Below are positions 29,473 to 39,857 of a stretch of DNA of 64,000 nucleotides, piece by piece. Each line of letters opens with the position of its first letter. Position 1 is the stretch's first letter. The notes beneath the pieces were generated by a model. It saw only the letters and a list, made by a program, of their open reading frames with translations. It searched no databases and was not told the DNA's origin. The DNA comes from Trueperaceae bacterium. GTDB lineage: Bacteria > Deinococcota > Deinococci > Deinococcales > Trueperaceae. The translations under genes were made by a program, and so were the position numbers. Location: contig OZ243956.1 in the NCBI GenBank assembly GCA_965214405.1, positions 4,096,001-4,160,000 on the forward strand, in the 5' to 3' direction.

Positions 29473-30837
29473 ATGATGTTTGTAAAGCAAGCTAAGTCAA
29501 CCCGGACGCCTGTCCTGCTCCCCATCACGCTGCTCGTCACGCTACTCGTTCTTGCCGGTTGCAACACGCAGTCCGTCACGCAGCCGCCCGCGGCCACCGG
29601 GTTCGAGTTTCACGTCGATCCTCAAGCCGGGGTCGTGACGCTTCTGGAGCCGGGTGTTGGTGAAGTGCGGCTTCAGCCGCAAAGCAGCCCCAGTGACAGC
29701 CGCATCCTGACCCCCGACGTGGACGCCGCGCTCAGAAACGTCGGATTTCAGTTTGTGTCGCCCACAAAACTCGTGGTCCGCGCTCAGGTAGAAAATATCA
29801 CCGCCGACTTAAGCTTCGCGCAGCCGTTTTTCTTTACCCTCAACTCGGCCTCCAGCAACGTGGTGAGCGCGTCCGCCCCCTTAGTCACCGACCAACAGCT
29901 CGGCGGCGACGGGGTGCTGAGCCCAGCCGAGAAGAGCGCCCGCTTTCGCTTCGAGGTGACCTTCAGGGAGAACAAGCCTTTCACTTTCCGTGTAGACGTC
30001 AGCGCCGTGGTCTCGAGTACAACCTGCGCCGACCCGGTTGTTTTCCCCGACTCTGATTTAGAGGAGGCCGTCCGAGACGCGCTCAACAAGCCCGAACTCA
30101 GCGGCAACATCACCTGCGCGGATATGCAATCGCTACGCGAACTCAACGCGAGGAACCGCTCGGTTGACGACCTCGAGGGGTTGCAAAACGCGGTGAACTT
30201 GACCTCTCTTAACCTTGCGGTCAACGGTATCAGCGACCTTACGCCGCTCCAGGGTCTGACCACCCTGACGGAGCTTAATCTTTTCGCCAACGACCTCGTC
30301 AGCGACCTTACGCCGCTCCAGGGTCTCACCAACCTGACGACGCTTGTGCTTGCTCTCACTGACGTGGACGACCTTACGCCGCTCCAGGGTCTCACCAACC
30401 TGGAAGTCCTTGGGCTCGCCAACAACCGCATCAGCGACCTTACGCCCCTCCAAAACCTTACCAACCTGACGTTTCTCGACCTTTTCGAAAACCGCGTGGG
30501 CGACCTTACACCCCTCCAGGGCCTTGTCAACTTGACGTCCCTTGACCTCCGAAACAACAACGTCAGCGACCTTACGCCGCTCCAGGGTCTCACCAACCTG
30601 ACGTTCCTTGAGCTTGGGGGCAATAGCATTAACGATCTTACGCCCCTTCAGGGTCTTGTCAACCTGACCACGCTTGTCCTTGACAACAACAACATCAGCG
30701 ACATCAGCGCCTTGGTCAATAACAGCGGCCTGGGCAGTGGCGATACTGTAAACCTTAAACTAAACCCGCTCATCAGTCGTCAGGCACTGGCTGACGTCCA
30801 GACTTTGAGAGCGAGGGGGGTCATGGTAGATTTTTAG
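29473..30837 (+). CDS. Lipoprotein with internalin-like 22-residue leucine-rich repeats
   Basis: Lipobox LAGC, cap FPDSDLEEAVRDALNK, and repeats of ISDLTPLQGLTNLTxLxLxxN. Confidence 0.9.
   Translation: MMFVKQAKSTRTPVLLPITLLVTLLVLAGCNTQSVTQPPAATGFEFHVDPQAGVVTLLEPGVGEVRLQPQSSPSDSRILTPDVDAALRNVGFQFVSPTKLVVRAQVENITADLSFAQPFFFTLNSASSNVVSASAPLVTDQQLGGDGVLSPAEKSARFRFEVTFRENKPFTFRVDVSAVVSSTTCADPVVFPDSDLEEAVRDALNKPELSGNITCADMQSLRELNARNRSVDDLEGLQNAVNLTSLNLAVNGISDLTPLQGLTTLTELNLFANDLVSDLTPLQGLTNLTTLVLALTDVDDLTPLQGLTNLEVLGLANNRISDLTPLQNLTNLTFLDLFENRVGDLTPLQGLVNLTSLDLRNNNVSDLTPLQGLTNLTFLELGGNSINDLTPLQGLVNLTTLVLDNNNISDISALVNNSGLGSGDTVNLKLNPLISRQALADVQTLRARGVMVDF
30180..30715 (+). repeat. Coding tandem repeats of 66-69 bp (LRR units)
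   Basis: Recurrent AGCGACCTTACGCCGCTCCAGGGTCT core and close variants, about 8 units. Confidence 0.85.
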
Positions 30838-30867
30838 AGCCTTTGACGCCTTGACGAGAGACCGAAG

Positions 30868-30897
30868 TGTTCGGTCAAGTGTTATCTTGACCGAACA
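30868..30897. terminator. Perfect 12-bp hairpin between convergent genes (probable terminator)
   Basis: TGTTCGGTCAAG, loop TGTTAT, CTTGACCGAACA. Confidence 0.65.
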
Positions 30898-30932
30898 TTT
30901 ACCTTTTCACCACCTCGAATCCTCGAGCCCCC

Positions 30933-32171
30933 CTACAGCCCCGTCTCCGCGATGACGTTCACGTCGGTGCCGGGGCGTAAGTCAGGCGGCACGGGATACA
31001 CGACTTGCGCGCCCCTTTCGGGTCCGCTCACGACGACCTGGTCCCCCGCTTCGCCCAGGACCTGCACCGCGAGGCGCGCGGCCCTGCCGTCCTCGACGAC
31101 AAAAACGCTCTTCCCCTCGGCGCTCGTTTGCACCGCGCCCGAGGGCAGGGTGACGCCGGTCGCCAGCTCGAGCGTATAGTCGAGCCGCGTCACCGTGCCG
31201 GTGGGGATGGGCGCTGAGGCCCCAAGTTGAGCGGTCAGCTCGACCAGGCGCGACCCCTCCGAGGCGCTGCTGCGAATGATGGCAGCCTCGTACGCCTCAC
31301 CGCCGTACGACAGGGTGACGCTGCCCTGACCCAAGAGATAGGCCGCGTCCTCGGGGGGCACGCTGAAACGCGCGAGGGGGGCCTCGGTGCTCGCCAGCCT
31401 AAAGGTGGGCGAGCCCGCGCCGACGAATTCGCCCTCCTCGACCAGCATCTCGGCGACCTCTCCGGCAAAAGGCGCTCTGACGGTCGCGTCGGCGAGCGCC
31501 TGCTCGGCCCCCGCGCGCCCGGTCTCGGCCTGCTGGATTTGCAGGCGCAGGAGCGCTAGGTCCTCGCCTTCGGCGCGCCCGCTCTGCGACACCGCGTTTT
31601 GGGCTTGTCCGTAGGCGGCGTTTGCGTTCTCGAGCGCCGCCCCCAACTTGTCCAGGTCGTTTTGCGAGAGCCCGCCCGCCCCAAAAAGCGCCTCACCCTC
31701 CTCGAGTTGTGTTTGGGCGAGCCGGAGGTTGATTTCGGCGGTGCGGAGTCGGGCGTTCGCCTGGTCCTGACTCTCAGGGATCGCGTTCTGCGCCTTTTGC
31801 AGAGCCACGCGTGCGCTCTCGACCGCGACGCGGGCGTTGTCGAGTTGCAAGTTTAGGTGAGCGGCGTCGAGCACGATCACGGGCTCGCCCGCCTCGACGC
31901 GCGCGCCCTCGCGCTTGAGAATCCCGGCCACCTGCCCCGGCGTCTTGGCGGCGACGCGGCTCTCCTGGGCGGGTTCTACCGTGACCGAGGCGCTGCGCGT
32001 GGTGATGAGCGTGCCCAGGTCCGCGGTAAGGACGCGAACCTGCCGGACGACTGGGGCGCTCTCTTGCGGTGTACTGAGCGGGTTTGCTTCTTCGGTCCCG
32101 CCGCCGCCCGCCCCGCACGAGGCGAGCAATAGGACCCAAAGAAGTCCGGACCAACGCGTCAGCCCGCGCAT
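30933..32171 (-). CDS. RND efflux periplasmic adaptor subunit (lipoprotein)
   Basis: Lipobox LASC; lipoyl-like halves G.V..I..REG..V..G and VRAPFAGEV flank a coiled coil. Confidence 0.9.
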   Translation of the reverse strand: MRGLTRWSGLLWVLLLASCGAGGGGTEEANPLSTPQESAPVVRQVRVLTADLGTLITTRSASVTVEPAQESRVAAKTPGQVAGILKREGARVEAGEPVIVLDAAHLNLQLDNARVAVESARVALQKAQNAIPESQDQANARLRTAEINLRLAQTQLEEGEALFGAGGLSQNDLDKLGAALENANAAYGQAQNAVSQSGRAEGEDLALLRLQIQQAETGRAGAEQALADATVRAPFAGEVAEMLVEEGEFVGAGSPTFRLASTEAPLARFSVPPEDAAYLLGQGSVTLSYGGEAYEAAIIRSSASEGSRLVELTAQLGASAPIPTGTVTRLDYTLELATGVTLPSGAVQTSAEGKSVFVVEDGRAARLAVQVLGEAGDQVVVSGPERGAQVVYPVPPDLRPGTDVNVIAETGL

Positions 32172-33320
32172 CTAGTTTCCCCCGGACGTTGCAGGCGGCT
32201 GCGCTCCGGCCCCCGGCTGCGCCCCGCTTTCACTCCGACTTTCACCGCTCCGACTTTCACCGCTCCGACCCCCTATTCCCCAGGCGTCGAGTCCCGGAAT
32301 CTCCACCAGCGCGCTCGCTTGCAGCTCGAGCAGCGCGTTCAAGTACCTGTGCCGCGCCTCCAGCGCCCCGAGTTGCGCCCGGCGGTTGTCGAATTCTGCC
32401 TGGTTATAGGCGATTTCGGGGATGAGCCCCGCCTCGAGCCGTTGCCGCTCCCTCTCCAAGCGCGCGTCGGCGTTGGCGACGCCCTCGAGCCGGGTCCGGT
32501 AAGTCTCGGCGGCATTTTGGGCGGCCAGGTAAAGGTTGCGCACGCCCAGGCCGGAGCCGCGTTGCGCCTCCCTAAAGCCTTCCTGAGCGGTGTCTAACTG
32601 CGTCTGGGCCGCGTCAATCTGCGAGCGCGAGGCGTAGCTGGGGTCGAGCAGATCGACGTTCATTTGCGCCAGCTCGAGCCCCTGCTCCACCCCAAGGAGG
32701 TCCGGGTGAGCCTGCGAGGCTTCAAGCGCGTCCTCGAGCGCGGGCAGCGTCACGAGGCCGCCCTCGGGGGGGGGCTCGAGCGCGTCAGCGTCTACCGCGC
32801 GGCCGAGGATGCCCTCCAAGTTGCTTTCGGCCAAGCCCTGGCCCTCTTGAACCGCGCGCAGGCTGTTGCGGGCGTCCTCCAGATCCACCTGCGCGTCTTG
32901 CACGTCCAGCGGGGTGGCGCTGCCCCGCTCGGCGCGGATTTGGGCGATGGTGAGCGCCTGCTCGGCCAGCGCCACGCTCCCCTCGGCCAGCGCGACCTGT
33001 TGGACAGCCTCTAAGAGGCTCGTATAGGCGTCGGTGATTTCTTGCAAGGCGCGGTAGTAGGCCGCTTCGTGCTCCGCCTCGGCCAGCGCCACGCGCTGGA
33101 GGGCTCCCACCAGCTCGGGTCTTAGGGCCGCCGGGTCGCCCTCGGTGCGGCTCAGGGCGGCAAGGGCGTCTTGAAGCTCGAGCCCCGCGGTCACCACCTC
33201 GGTGCGGTTCACGGCGCTCCTTAGCGCCTCTTGAAGCGTCAGCGTCTCGTTTTGCGCGTGGGAAAAAGAGAAGAGGGTGAGGAGAACGAGTAGGTTAAAA
33301 AAGAGGGTTAGCCGCTGCAC
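32172..33320 (-). CDS. TolC family outer-membrane efflux protein
   Basis: Signal peptide; LTLQEALRSA, R.ERG.AT.LDV..A and RLEAGLI helical repeats; operon context. Confidence 0.8.
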   Translation of the reverse strand: MQRLTLFFNLLVLLTLFSFSHAQNETLTLQEALRSAVNRTEVVTAGLELQDALAALSRTEGDPAALRPELVGALQRVALAEAEHEAAYYRALQEITDAYTSLLEAVQQVALAEGSVALAEQALTIAQIRAERGSATPLDVQDAQVDLEDARNSLRAVQEGQGLAESNLEGILGRAVDADALEPPPEGGLVTLPALEDALEASQAHPDLLGVEQGLELAQMNVDLLDPSYASRSQIDAAQTQLDTAQEGFREAQRGSGLGVRNLYLAAQNAAETYRTRLEGVANADARLERERQRLEAGLIPEIAYNQAEFDNRRAQLGALEARHRYLNALLELQASALVEIPGLDAWGIGGRSGESRSGESRSESGAQPGAGAQPPATSGGN

Positions 33321-33455
33321 TGCGTACCTCCGTGCGTCTGTGCGTTTCTGAGAAGGTCACGTCTGGAAGGTTGCCGAAAGAATCACTTTTGAGAGAATCA
33401 CTTTTGAGAAGCCACGTTTGTGGGAGTTACAGCTTCGGGGTTCGTGTTCTGGCGT

Positions 33456-34835
33456 TCACGGCTCGAGCACCTGTGAGACGGGCAGGGCGTAGAACTCATA
33501 TAGGTCGAGGAGGCTGACCAACACCCTTTGGCGGGCGCTGCGGAGGTCCACGTCCGCCTCTAAAAGGTCGACGAGCGCCCCCAACGTCTCTAGCGACGTG
33601 CTTAGCCCCAGGTCCTCGCGCCGCCGCGCCTCCTCAACGTCCTGCTGCGCGTTGCCAAAACGCGCTTCTCGCAGCGCCAAGTCCCGCTGCGCCTGGCTGA
33701 GGGCGTTTTCCAGCCCCTCACGTTGCAGCGCCGCGCCCCCCTCGGCGGCTTGCAGCCCCGCGCGCGCCGCCTCGACGAGCGTCTGCGCCGCGTCGACCGC
33801 GCGGTAGGTGCCGGGCGAGAGGTCGAGCGAGAAGCCCACGCTAAAGGTTCCCCTCACCGTGTTTTGTAAGAGCCCGCGACCGGGGTCGATGTAATCATAG
33901 CCGAGGCTCGGTTGTAAGGTGCGCGAGTCGAGCGACAAGGAGAGCGAGGAGCGGTCGTCCAAGTTTTGGGTGTAGCCCGCTTGCACGGTCGGGTAGAGGT
34001 CGCGCGACACGTTTCGCGCGCTCACTTGAGCGAGCGCGAGGTCGAGCCTCGCCCGCTGCACCTCGAGCGGCACACCCCCCACCAACGGCAGGTCCAGGAG
34101 AGGCTCGAGCAAGTCAGACCCTGGTGGTCCCGGCGGGAGGCGCGCCTCACCCACGAGGCCCACCAGCGTGAGCCGGGCCAGGCTCAGGTCGGCCTCCGCG
34201 CGCCCCGCGAAGGTTTGGGCTTCCTGGACGCCCGCCTGGGCGTCGCGCAGCGCGCGTTCGGTGGCCGCGCCCCGCGCCAAGCGGCGGCGGGTCACCTCGA
34301 GCGCGGTCTCGGCCAATTCAACGCCGCGCCGGGCGAGTTCTAGGGATTCTTCGGCCAGTCGGACGCCCAGGGCCGCCTCCAAGGCTCGCGCCTCGAGGCC
34401 CGTCAGCGTCTCCCTATAGTCGAGCAGCGCCCCTTCGGCGTCGAGCTCGCGCTGGCTCACCAGGTCGGCCACGTCCCCAAAAACGAGGGGCCGAAAGGTG
34501 ACGTCGGTCGAGAGTTGGCCGGTGGTGGTGGGAAATTCCAACACGCCGGGTATCTCGGGAATAAGGGCGAGAACGTCGCGGTCGAGGGTGTTGACGCCCC
34601 CGCTGACGTTGACCGACACCGGGCTCGTGGCCGCGCCCAAGCGCGCCTGGGCGGCGCTAAAAGAAAGACGCGCGGCCTGCAACGCCGGGTGCGCCTCGAG
34701 GAGCCCCAAAAAACTTACGACCTGCCCGCGCTCTGGTTGCGCCTCCAGTAACAAGTTCGAGGCTTCGGGTAGGGGCACGGCGACCTGCGCCTGCGCGAGA
34801 GGAAAAGCGAGGAGTAAAACGGTGAGGTATTTCAT
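33456..34835 (-). CDS. Second TolC family outer-membrane efflux protein
   Basis: Signal peptide MKYLTVLLLAFPLAQA; motifs HP.L.AA, RRLARGAAT and R.DLGLST.LE. Confidence 0.8.
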   Translation of the reverse strand: MKYLTVLLLAFPLAQAQVAVPLPEASNLLLEAQPERGQVVSFLGLLEAHPALQAARLSFSAAQARLGAATSPVSVNVSGGVNTLDRDVLALIPEIPGVLEFPTTTGQLSTDVTFRPLVFGDVADLVSQRELDAEGALLDYRETLTGLEARALEAALGVRLAEESLELARRGVELAETALEVTRRRLARGAATERALRDAQAGVQEAQTFAGRAEADLSLARLTLVGLVGEARLPPGPPGSDLLEPLLDLPLVGGVPLEVQRARLDLALAQVSARNVSRDLYPTVQAGYTQNLDDRSSLSLSLDSRTLQPSLGYDYIDPGRGLLQNTVRGTFSVGFSLDLSPGTYRAVDAAQTLVEAARAGLQAAEGGAALQREGLENALSQAQRDLALREARFGNAQQDVEEARRREDLGLSTSLETLGALVDLLEADVDLRSARQRVLVSLLDLYEFYALPVSQVLEP

Positions 34836-35068
34836 AGAGCCCCAAACGCGCACCGGACGCGGTGCGAACCGGTCATTGCGGGTCGGCTCGAGTTGCACAG
34901 ATTTGACCGAGCGCGTTTTGAGACTTCACGCTGAAATTCCATAGCAAACCTCACAAAGCGTGTGCGGTTGGGGTATCCGCAAAATCCACCTGCCGCTTTT
35001 GGTGAGAGGGCGTTTGTTGAAGCACGACTGGAGTCTACCTGACGTTTGTGAGCCTGAGGCTTCAAATC

Positions 35069-38000
35069 TCACAGCAAGCCCAACCTGTGGAGCTGCCCCT
35101 TGATTCTCATGACGAGCCCGTTCACCAGCCTCACAGGCCGGGGTGCCGCGCTGAGTTCCGGCGAGCGGCCCCCCCGCTCGAAGAGGTAGAAAACCGCGGG
35201 CACGACGTAGAGCGTGAGCAAAGCCGAGGTGAACACGCCGCCCAACACGGCCAAACCGAGCGGCCGCCTCAACTCACCCCCCTCGCCCCCGCCGAAAAGG
35301 AGCGGGATGCTGATGGCGACGATGGTGAGCGAGGTCATGGCGATGGGCCGGAGGCGCAGCCGACCCGCCTCGATAAGCGCCTCGCGCAGACTTGCGCCCT
35401 CCGCGCGGGTCTGCGTCACCGCGTCGAGGAGCAAAATCGCGGTTTTGGTCACCAGCCCGATGAGAATCACGAAGCCGAGCACGCTGGTGACGTCGAGCGA
35501 GGTTTTGGTAAGAAAAAACAGCCAGACCGCGCCGACGAGCGCCAGCGGCACGGTCAGCAGGATGTAGAGGGGATAGCGAAACGAGTTGAACTGACTCGCA
35601 ATCACGAGGTAGTTGAGCAGCAGCGCCAGCCCAAAGGCGATGGGCATGTAAAAGGCCAAATCGGCGGTGAGGTCGATGCCGTTGCCCCCGCCCAGCTCCA
35701 CGCTGTCGTCGAGCAAACCCGCCGCGCGAAGCTCCGACACGATTTCGGACCGGACCTGCGACAAACTCGGCGCGCCCGGCGCTAGGTCGGCGGTGAGGGC
35801 GGCGCTGTAGCTCCCGTCGGTGCGGTTGATGCGCGAGGGGGCCGCCTGAATCTCGAAGGTGCCGAACGCCCCGAGGGGAAGCGCCTCCCTCAAAAGGGGC
35901 GAAAAGATGGGCAAACTCAGCAGCGAACCCTCGTCGCGGAGCCCGGCGGGGTCGGCCTTGACGCGGACGGGATAGTCCGTCCCGGCCAGCCGCATGGTGG
36001 CCGCCTCGAGCCCCACATTATAAATGCGCAGCGTGGTGTAGACGTCCCTGGCGCTCAGCCCGGCCCCGACCAGTTTTTCGTTGTCGATAAGGAACACGCG
36101 CTCGCTCACCACGCTGCCCAAGTCGGACGCGGCGTTTCTCAGGTAGGGTTTGCGCTCTATGAGCGCCAGCGCGGCCTCGCTGCGCGCCTCGAGCGCCTCC
36201 AAGTCCGCCGAGGCTAAGTTGAGTTCAAAGTTGCTCACGCCGGGCGGCCCAAAGGTGTCGGCGGCCTCTACGGTTAAAACCGCCTCCGGGAAGGGGGCAA
36301 GAACGGACCCCAACGCGCGCGCAAACGTGACCGCGAGCTCGTCCGTGTGCGGGCGTTCGCCCCGTCCCACGAGTTCGGCGGCGAAGCCCGCGTGCTCGGG
36401 ACGCTTCTCGAGCGCCGAACCGCCCACCGAGCCCACCAAAGTCTGCACGCGCGTCACCAGGGGACTCGCCATGAGCGCCCCCTCGAGCGTGCGCGCGACC
36501 TCGTCCGTGCGCGTGATGGAGGTGCCCGCCGGAAGCTCTAGGTTGACCACGAGCCGCCCGGCGTCGAGCGTCGGCATAAAGCTGTAGCCTAAGCGCGGAG
36601 CCACGAAAAAGAGGCTCGCAAAAAGGGCCAGCGCGGCCACGAGCGGCAGCGCGGCGCGGCCCAGCACCCGGTCGAGCGAGCGCGCGTAGGCGTCTTGCGC
36701 CCAGCGCGTCGCGCCGTCCACCGCCTCGAAAAGCGCCCGCACGGCGGCCCCGAGCGCGAAGAGGGCCAGGCGAGCCGGGGCGCGCGCCCAAAAGAGTAGC
36801 GCGAGCAGAAGCGCGCCCGCGACGTAGACGAGGTAGGGCTCGAGAAGACGCGGCGTCCCCACGAGCAAGAAGACCCAGACCCCCGACAGCACCACCAACC
36901 AGACGAGGGGGCTGGTGAGGCCTACCCGCACCCGGCGGAGGTCGTCTTTCGCGCGGCGCAACACCCCGCCGCGCTCGCCCCAGCGCGGCGGCAGCGGGTT
37001 GGGCAAATACGCCATCCGCACGGTGAGAAAGAAAAACGCTTCCAAGTAAGAAAAGGTGATGGTAAACGCCAGCGTGAGCGCGAACTGTCTGAAAAAAGGG
37101 CCGATCTCGCCCGGCAGAAAAGAAATAGGCAGAAACACCGCCAGGAGCGACAGCGTGGACGCGAGCACCGCGCCCGCGACGTCGCCCGTTCCCTTCAAGA
37201 CCGCCTCCTCGGCCTCAAAACCCAGCTCGCGGTAACGGCTGATGTTCTCGGCGATCACGATGGAATCGTCCACGACGATGCCGACGGTGACGATAATCGC
37301 CAGGAGCGTGATGACGTTGAAGGTAAAGCCGAGGAGCGCAAAGGCGATGAGCGTACCCGAGAGCGAGAGGGGGATCGCCAGCGTCACCGAAAAAACGGTC
37401 CCCAAGCGCCCGATGAAAAGGAGCACCATAAAGGCCACGATGCCGACCGTTAGAAGCGTGGTGCGTAAGGTGTCCCGCACCGTCGCGCTGACGAAGCTCG
37501 TGTCGTCCCCGACGACGGTGGCGGTGGTGCCCGCGGGAAGCTCGAGCGCTGACAATACCTCCCGCACCCGCGCCGCCGTCGCCACCGCGTTGGCCCCCGC
37601 GCGCTTGCGGACCTCCAAGAGCACGACGGGTTCGCCGTTTAAGCGCACGTACGAATCGACCACGGTGGTGTCGCGCACCACCGCCACGTCGCGCACCCTC
37701 ACGCCCTGCGAATTCACCGGCACGGCCTCGACGTCACTCAGACTTTCGGGCACGTTCCTGCCGACGAGCAAGATACGCGTGTCCCCCAAGTCAAAGTCGC
37801 CCGTGGGCACCGTGACCGCCGAGTCGCGCAGCGCGCCCACCACCGCCTGCGGCGAGAGCGCGTAAGACGTGAGCTTATTAGGGTCTAGAAGCACCTGAAG
37901 TTCGCGCGTGGCGGGACCCACCACGGTCACGTCCGCGACGCCGCGCGCGCGCCGAAGCTCGAGCGCCACGTCATTCTCAGCCAACGTTTGAACGTCGTAA

Positions 38001-38461
38001 AGCGCCTCGCCGGGCGCGGCGACCGCCACACTGAGGATGGGCTGGTCGTCCGGGTCGAAGCTTCGCACCACCGGCGCGCGCGCGCCGTCGGGGAGCCCAG
38101 CGGCCACACCGTCGAGCCGCCGCGACACCTCCGCAACCACCCCCTGCGGGTCCGCGTCGGCGCTAAAGTAGGCGACGACGCGGCTCAAGCCCTCCGACGA
38201 GGTCGAGGTGACCGCCTCTAGGTCCGGCAGCGTCGTGAGCGCCCCCTCGATGACCTCGCCCACCCCCGCGCTCACCCCCTCGGGACCCGCGCCGGGGTAA
38301 GCGGTCATCACCGACACGACGGGAAACGCTACCTCGGGCAACAGGTCGACACCAATCTCGAAAAGGCTGAGCAGCCCGAAAAGCAGCAGGGTCCCGAACA
38401 CGCTGATGGCGAGGATGTAGTTTTTTACAAAGAAAGCCACAAGGCGAGTGATGGGTGTCAA
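35069..38461 (-). CDS. RND efflux permease (AcrB/AcrD/AcrF family)
   Basis: Motifs YPGAGPE, GIVVDDSIVIAENI, GLVTKTAILL.D and RLRPIAMT. Confidence 0.93.
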   Translation of the reverse strand: MTPITRLVAFFVKNYILAISVFGTLLLFGLLSLFEIGVDLLPEVAFPVVSVMTAYPGAGPEGVSAGVGEVIEGALTTLPDLEAVTSTSSEGLSRVVAYFSADADPQGVVAEVSRRLDGVAAGLPDGARAPVVRSFDPDDQPILSVAVAAPGEALYDVQTLAENDVALELRRARGVADVTVVGPATRELQVLLDPNKLTSYALSPQAVVGALRDSAVTVPTGDFDLGDTRILLVGRNVPESLSDVEAVPVNSQGVRVRDVAVVRDTTVVDSYVRLNGEPVVLLEVRKRAGANAVATAARVREVLSALELPAGTTATVVGDDTSFVSATVRDTLRTTLLTVGIVAFMVLLFIGRLGTVFSVTLAIPLSLSGTLIAFALLGFTFNVITLLAIIVTVGIVVDDSIVIAENISRYRELGFEAEEAVLKGTGDVAGAVLASTLSLLAVFLPISFLPGEIGPFFRQFALTLAFTITFSYLEAFFFLTVRMAYLPNPLPPRWGERGGVLRRAKDDLRRVRVGLTSPLVWLVVLSGVWVFLLVGTPRLLEPYLVYVAGALLLALLFWARAPARLALFALGAAVRALFEAVDGATRWAQDAYARSLDRVLGRAALPLVAALALFASLFFVAPRLGYSFMPTLDAGRLVVNLELPAGTSITRTDEVARTLEGALMASPLVTRVQTLVGSVGGSALEKRPEHAGFAAELVGRGERPHTDELAVTFARALGSVLAPFPEAVLTVEAADTFGPPGVSNFELNLASADLEALEARSEAALALIERKPYLRNAASDLGSVVSERVFLIDNEKLVGAGLSARDVYTTLRIYNVGLEAATMRLAGTDYPVRVKADPAGLRDEGSLLSLPIFSPLLREALPLGAFGTFEIQAAPSRINRTDGSYSAALTADLAPGAPSLSQVRSEIVSELRAAGLLDDSVELGGGNGIDLTADLAFYMPIAFGLALLLNYLVIASQFNSFRYPLYILLTVPLALVGAVWLFFLTKTSLDVTSVLGFVILIGLVTKTAILLLDAVTQTRAEGASLREALIEAGRLRLRPIAMTSLTIVAISIPLLFGGGEGGELRRPLGLAVLGGVFTSALLTLYVVPAVFYLFERGGRSPELSAAPRPVRLVNGLVMRIKGQLHRLGLL

Positions 38462-38876
38462 AGGTGTCCCTTCAGGTTCTGCTCACGTCTGATTATCCAG
38501 GTTTAACCATGCTTGCGAACAGGTGCAGCGCGGAGAGATGTGCCGTACATTTCCGTACATTTATCATGACTCGCCTTACGCACGAGCTGTCAAAGGATTA
38601 GAAACCTCTCCCAAAAGTTTGAAGGGAAATATGAAACACAGCATATCCGCTTCCTCCCTTCTGCATTCTCGATAGCAAGCAACACGCTGGCTCGAGCGAA
38701 ACTCAGCCTATACATTTCTGTCGCCAGGCGGCGGATGCGTAACTGGAACGCAGTTTAAGGGAGGGTGCCTGCGCCGAACTCACTCGGTGTCTGCGAAAAC
38801 CGCTGTGTTCCCTTTTTTCCAAACCTACATCCACAAATACCGTGAAAATACTGTGTAAGGTGAGGCCGTAAGTTTT

Positions 38877-39572
38877 TTAAGGGTTGACGTAACTCAGGGT
38901 TTTATCCAGGAGCGCGTTGATTTGAGCCACGACGCTCTCTATGACGCCCTCTGGAACCTCTAAGTCCGTTTCTGCCTCGAGAAACCCGGTCAGCGTACAA
39001 AGGAGCGCCCCGAGGGTGCCGGTTTCGGGCATACCGAGGTCGAGAGAGATCTCCACAAGCGAAACGTGCAGTCGGCCAAGTTCACCGTCGAAAACGAACG
39101 GGCCGAGCTCTAAGTAAAGCACCTCGCAGCCGCGCGGATGCCCCCCTGAACCGGAGGCGGTACGGACGCCCGACCCTGCACCCGCTTCAGCCCCACGCTT
39201 AGAAGAGAGGCTGGTAGAGGAGAAGCTGAGGGTGGCCGGGACGTTCTCAAAGCTCTCTTCTAACGCAGCCGCGCCTGAACGAGAGGTTTCGGTCAGCACG
39301 CCGCTCACCCTGAGACCGTCTTGATACGTGAGGCTTGTGAGCGTGAGCGCGCCTCTAAACGCCCCCAGTTCGCTCCCGCCTTCGCCGCTCGCCATCACGC
39401 CTTCGACCGGTATATCCGTGAGCGCAGCCGCGTCGTCCACAAGAACGTCCGGACGTTCTACCGACGCCTGGCAGCCTACGAGAAAAAGCAGGAGCAGCCC
39501 CACCAGTGACGCCCTCACGGCGCGTCTGGTTGTAATGCTTGCGGAACCTGTGTCTGAAACTATGCTTAACAT
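38877..39572 (-). CDS. Uncharacterised lipoprotein
   Basis: Lipobox LVGC and a C-terminal CEVLYLELGP..G.LG.LLC segment with a Cys pair. Confidence 0.7.
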   Translation of the reverse strand: MLSIVSDTGSASITTRRAVRASLVGLLLLFLVGCQASVERPDVLVDDAAALTDIPVEGVMASGEGGSELGAFRGALTLTSLTYQDGLRVSGVLTETSRSGAAALEESFENVPATLSFSSTSLSSKRGAEAGAGSGVRTASGSGGHPRGCEVLYLELGPFVFDGELGRLHVSLVEISLDLGMPETGTLGALLCTLTGFLEAETDLEVPEGVIESVVAQINALLDKTLSYVNP

Positions 39573-39857
39573 ACGTACCCCCCTCGAGGCTTGCCGTTCA
39601 CCGCCCTGAGCAGCGAATGGAAGAGAAACTTACCTGCTCGTCCATGAACTAGCTTTACGAAACACCAAGATAACAGATATGACTATACCCTTTGCGCAGG
39701 CGTCTCCACCATCATTTAACCAGACCCTATGATTAGACAATAGAGAACAATGTACTGGTCAACCGGGGTTACTATCCCATAATATGTGAAGATTCGCACT
39801 TTTGGCAGCTCTTTTATCAGGGATTAAGTACAACGAAGGGGCAACGATGATTGGCCG

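Noticed and set aside
401..30629. Long antisense ORFs such as 401-1297, 5410-6483, 9792-10586, 22499-23497 and 29784-30629
   Set aside because: They are shadows of well-supported genes on the opposite strand in GC-rich DNA and carry no motifs of their own.
28001..30715. CRISPR array at the 14-bp repeats or the LRR repeats
   Set aside because: The 14-bp units have no spacers, the 66-bp units are in-frame coding repeats, and no cas genes are present.
38462..38876. Possible sRNA in the spacer upstream of the RND operon
   Set aside because: I found no recognisable motif or convincing structure, only a 10-bp tandem duplication.
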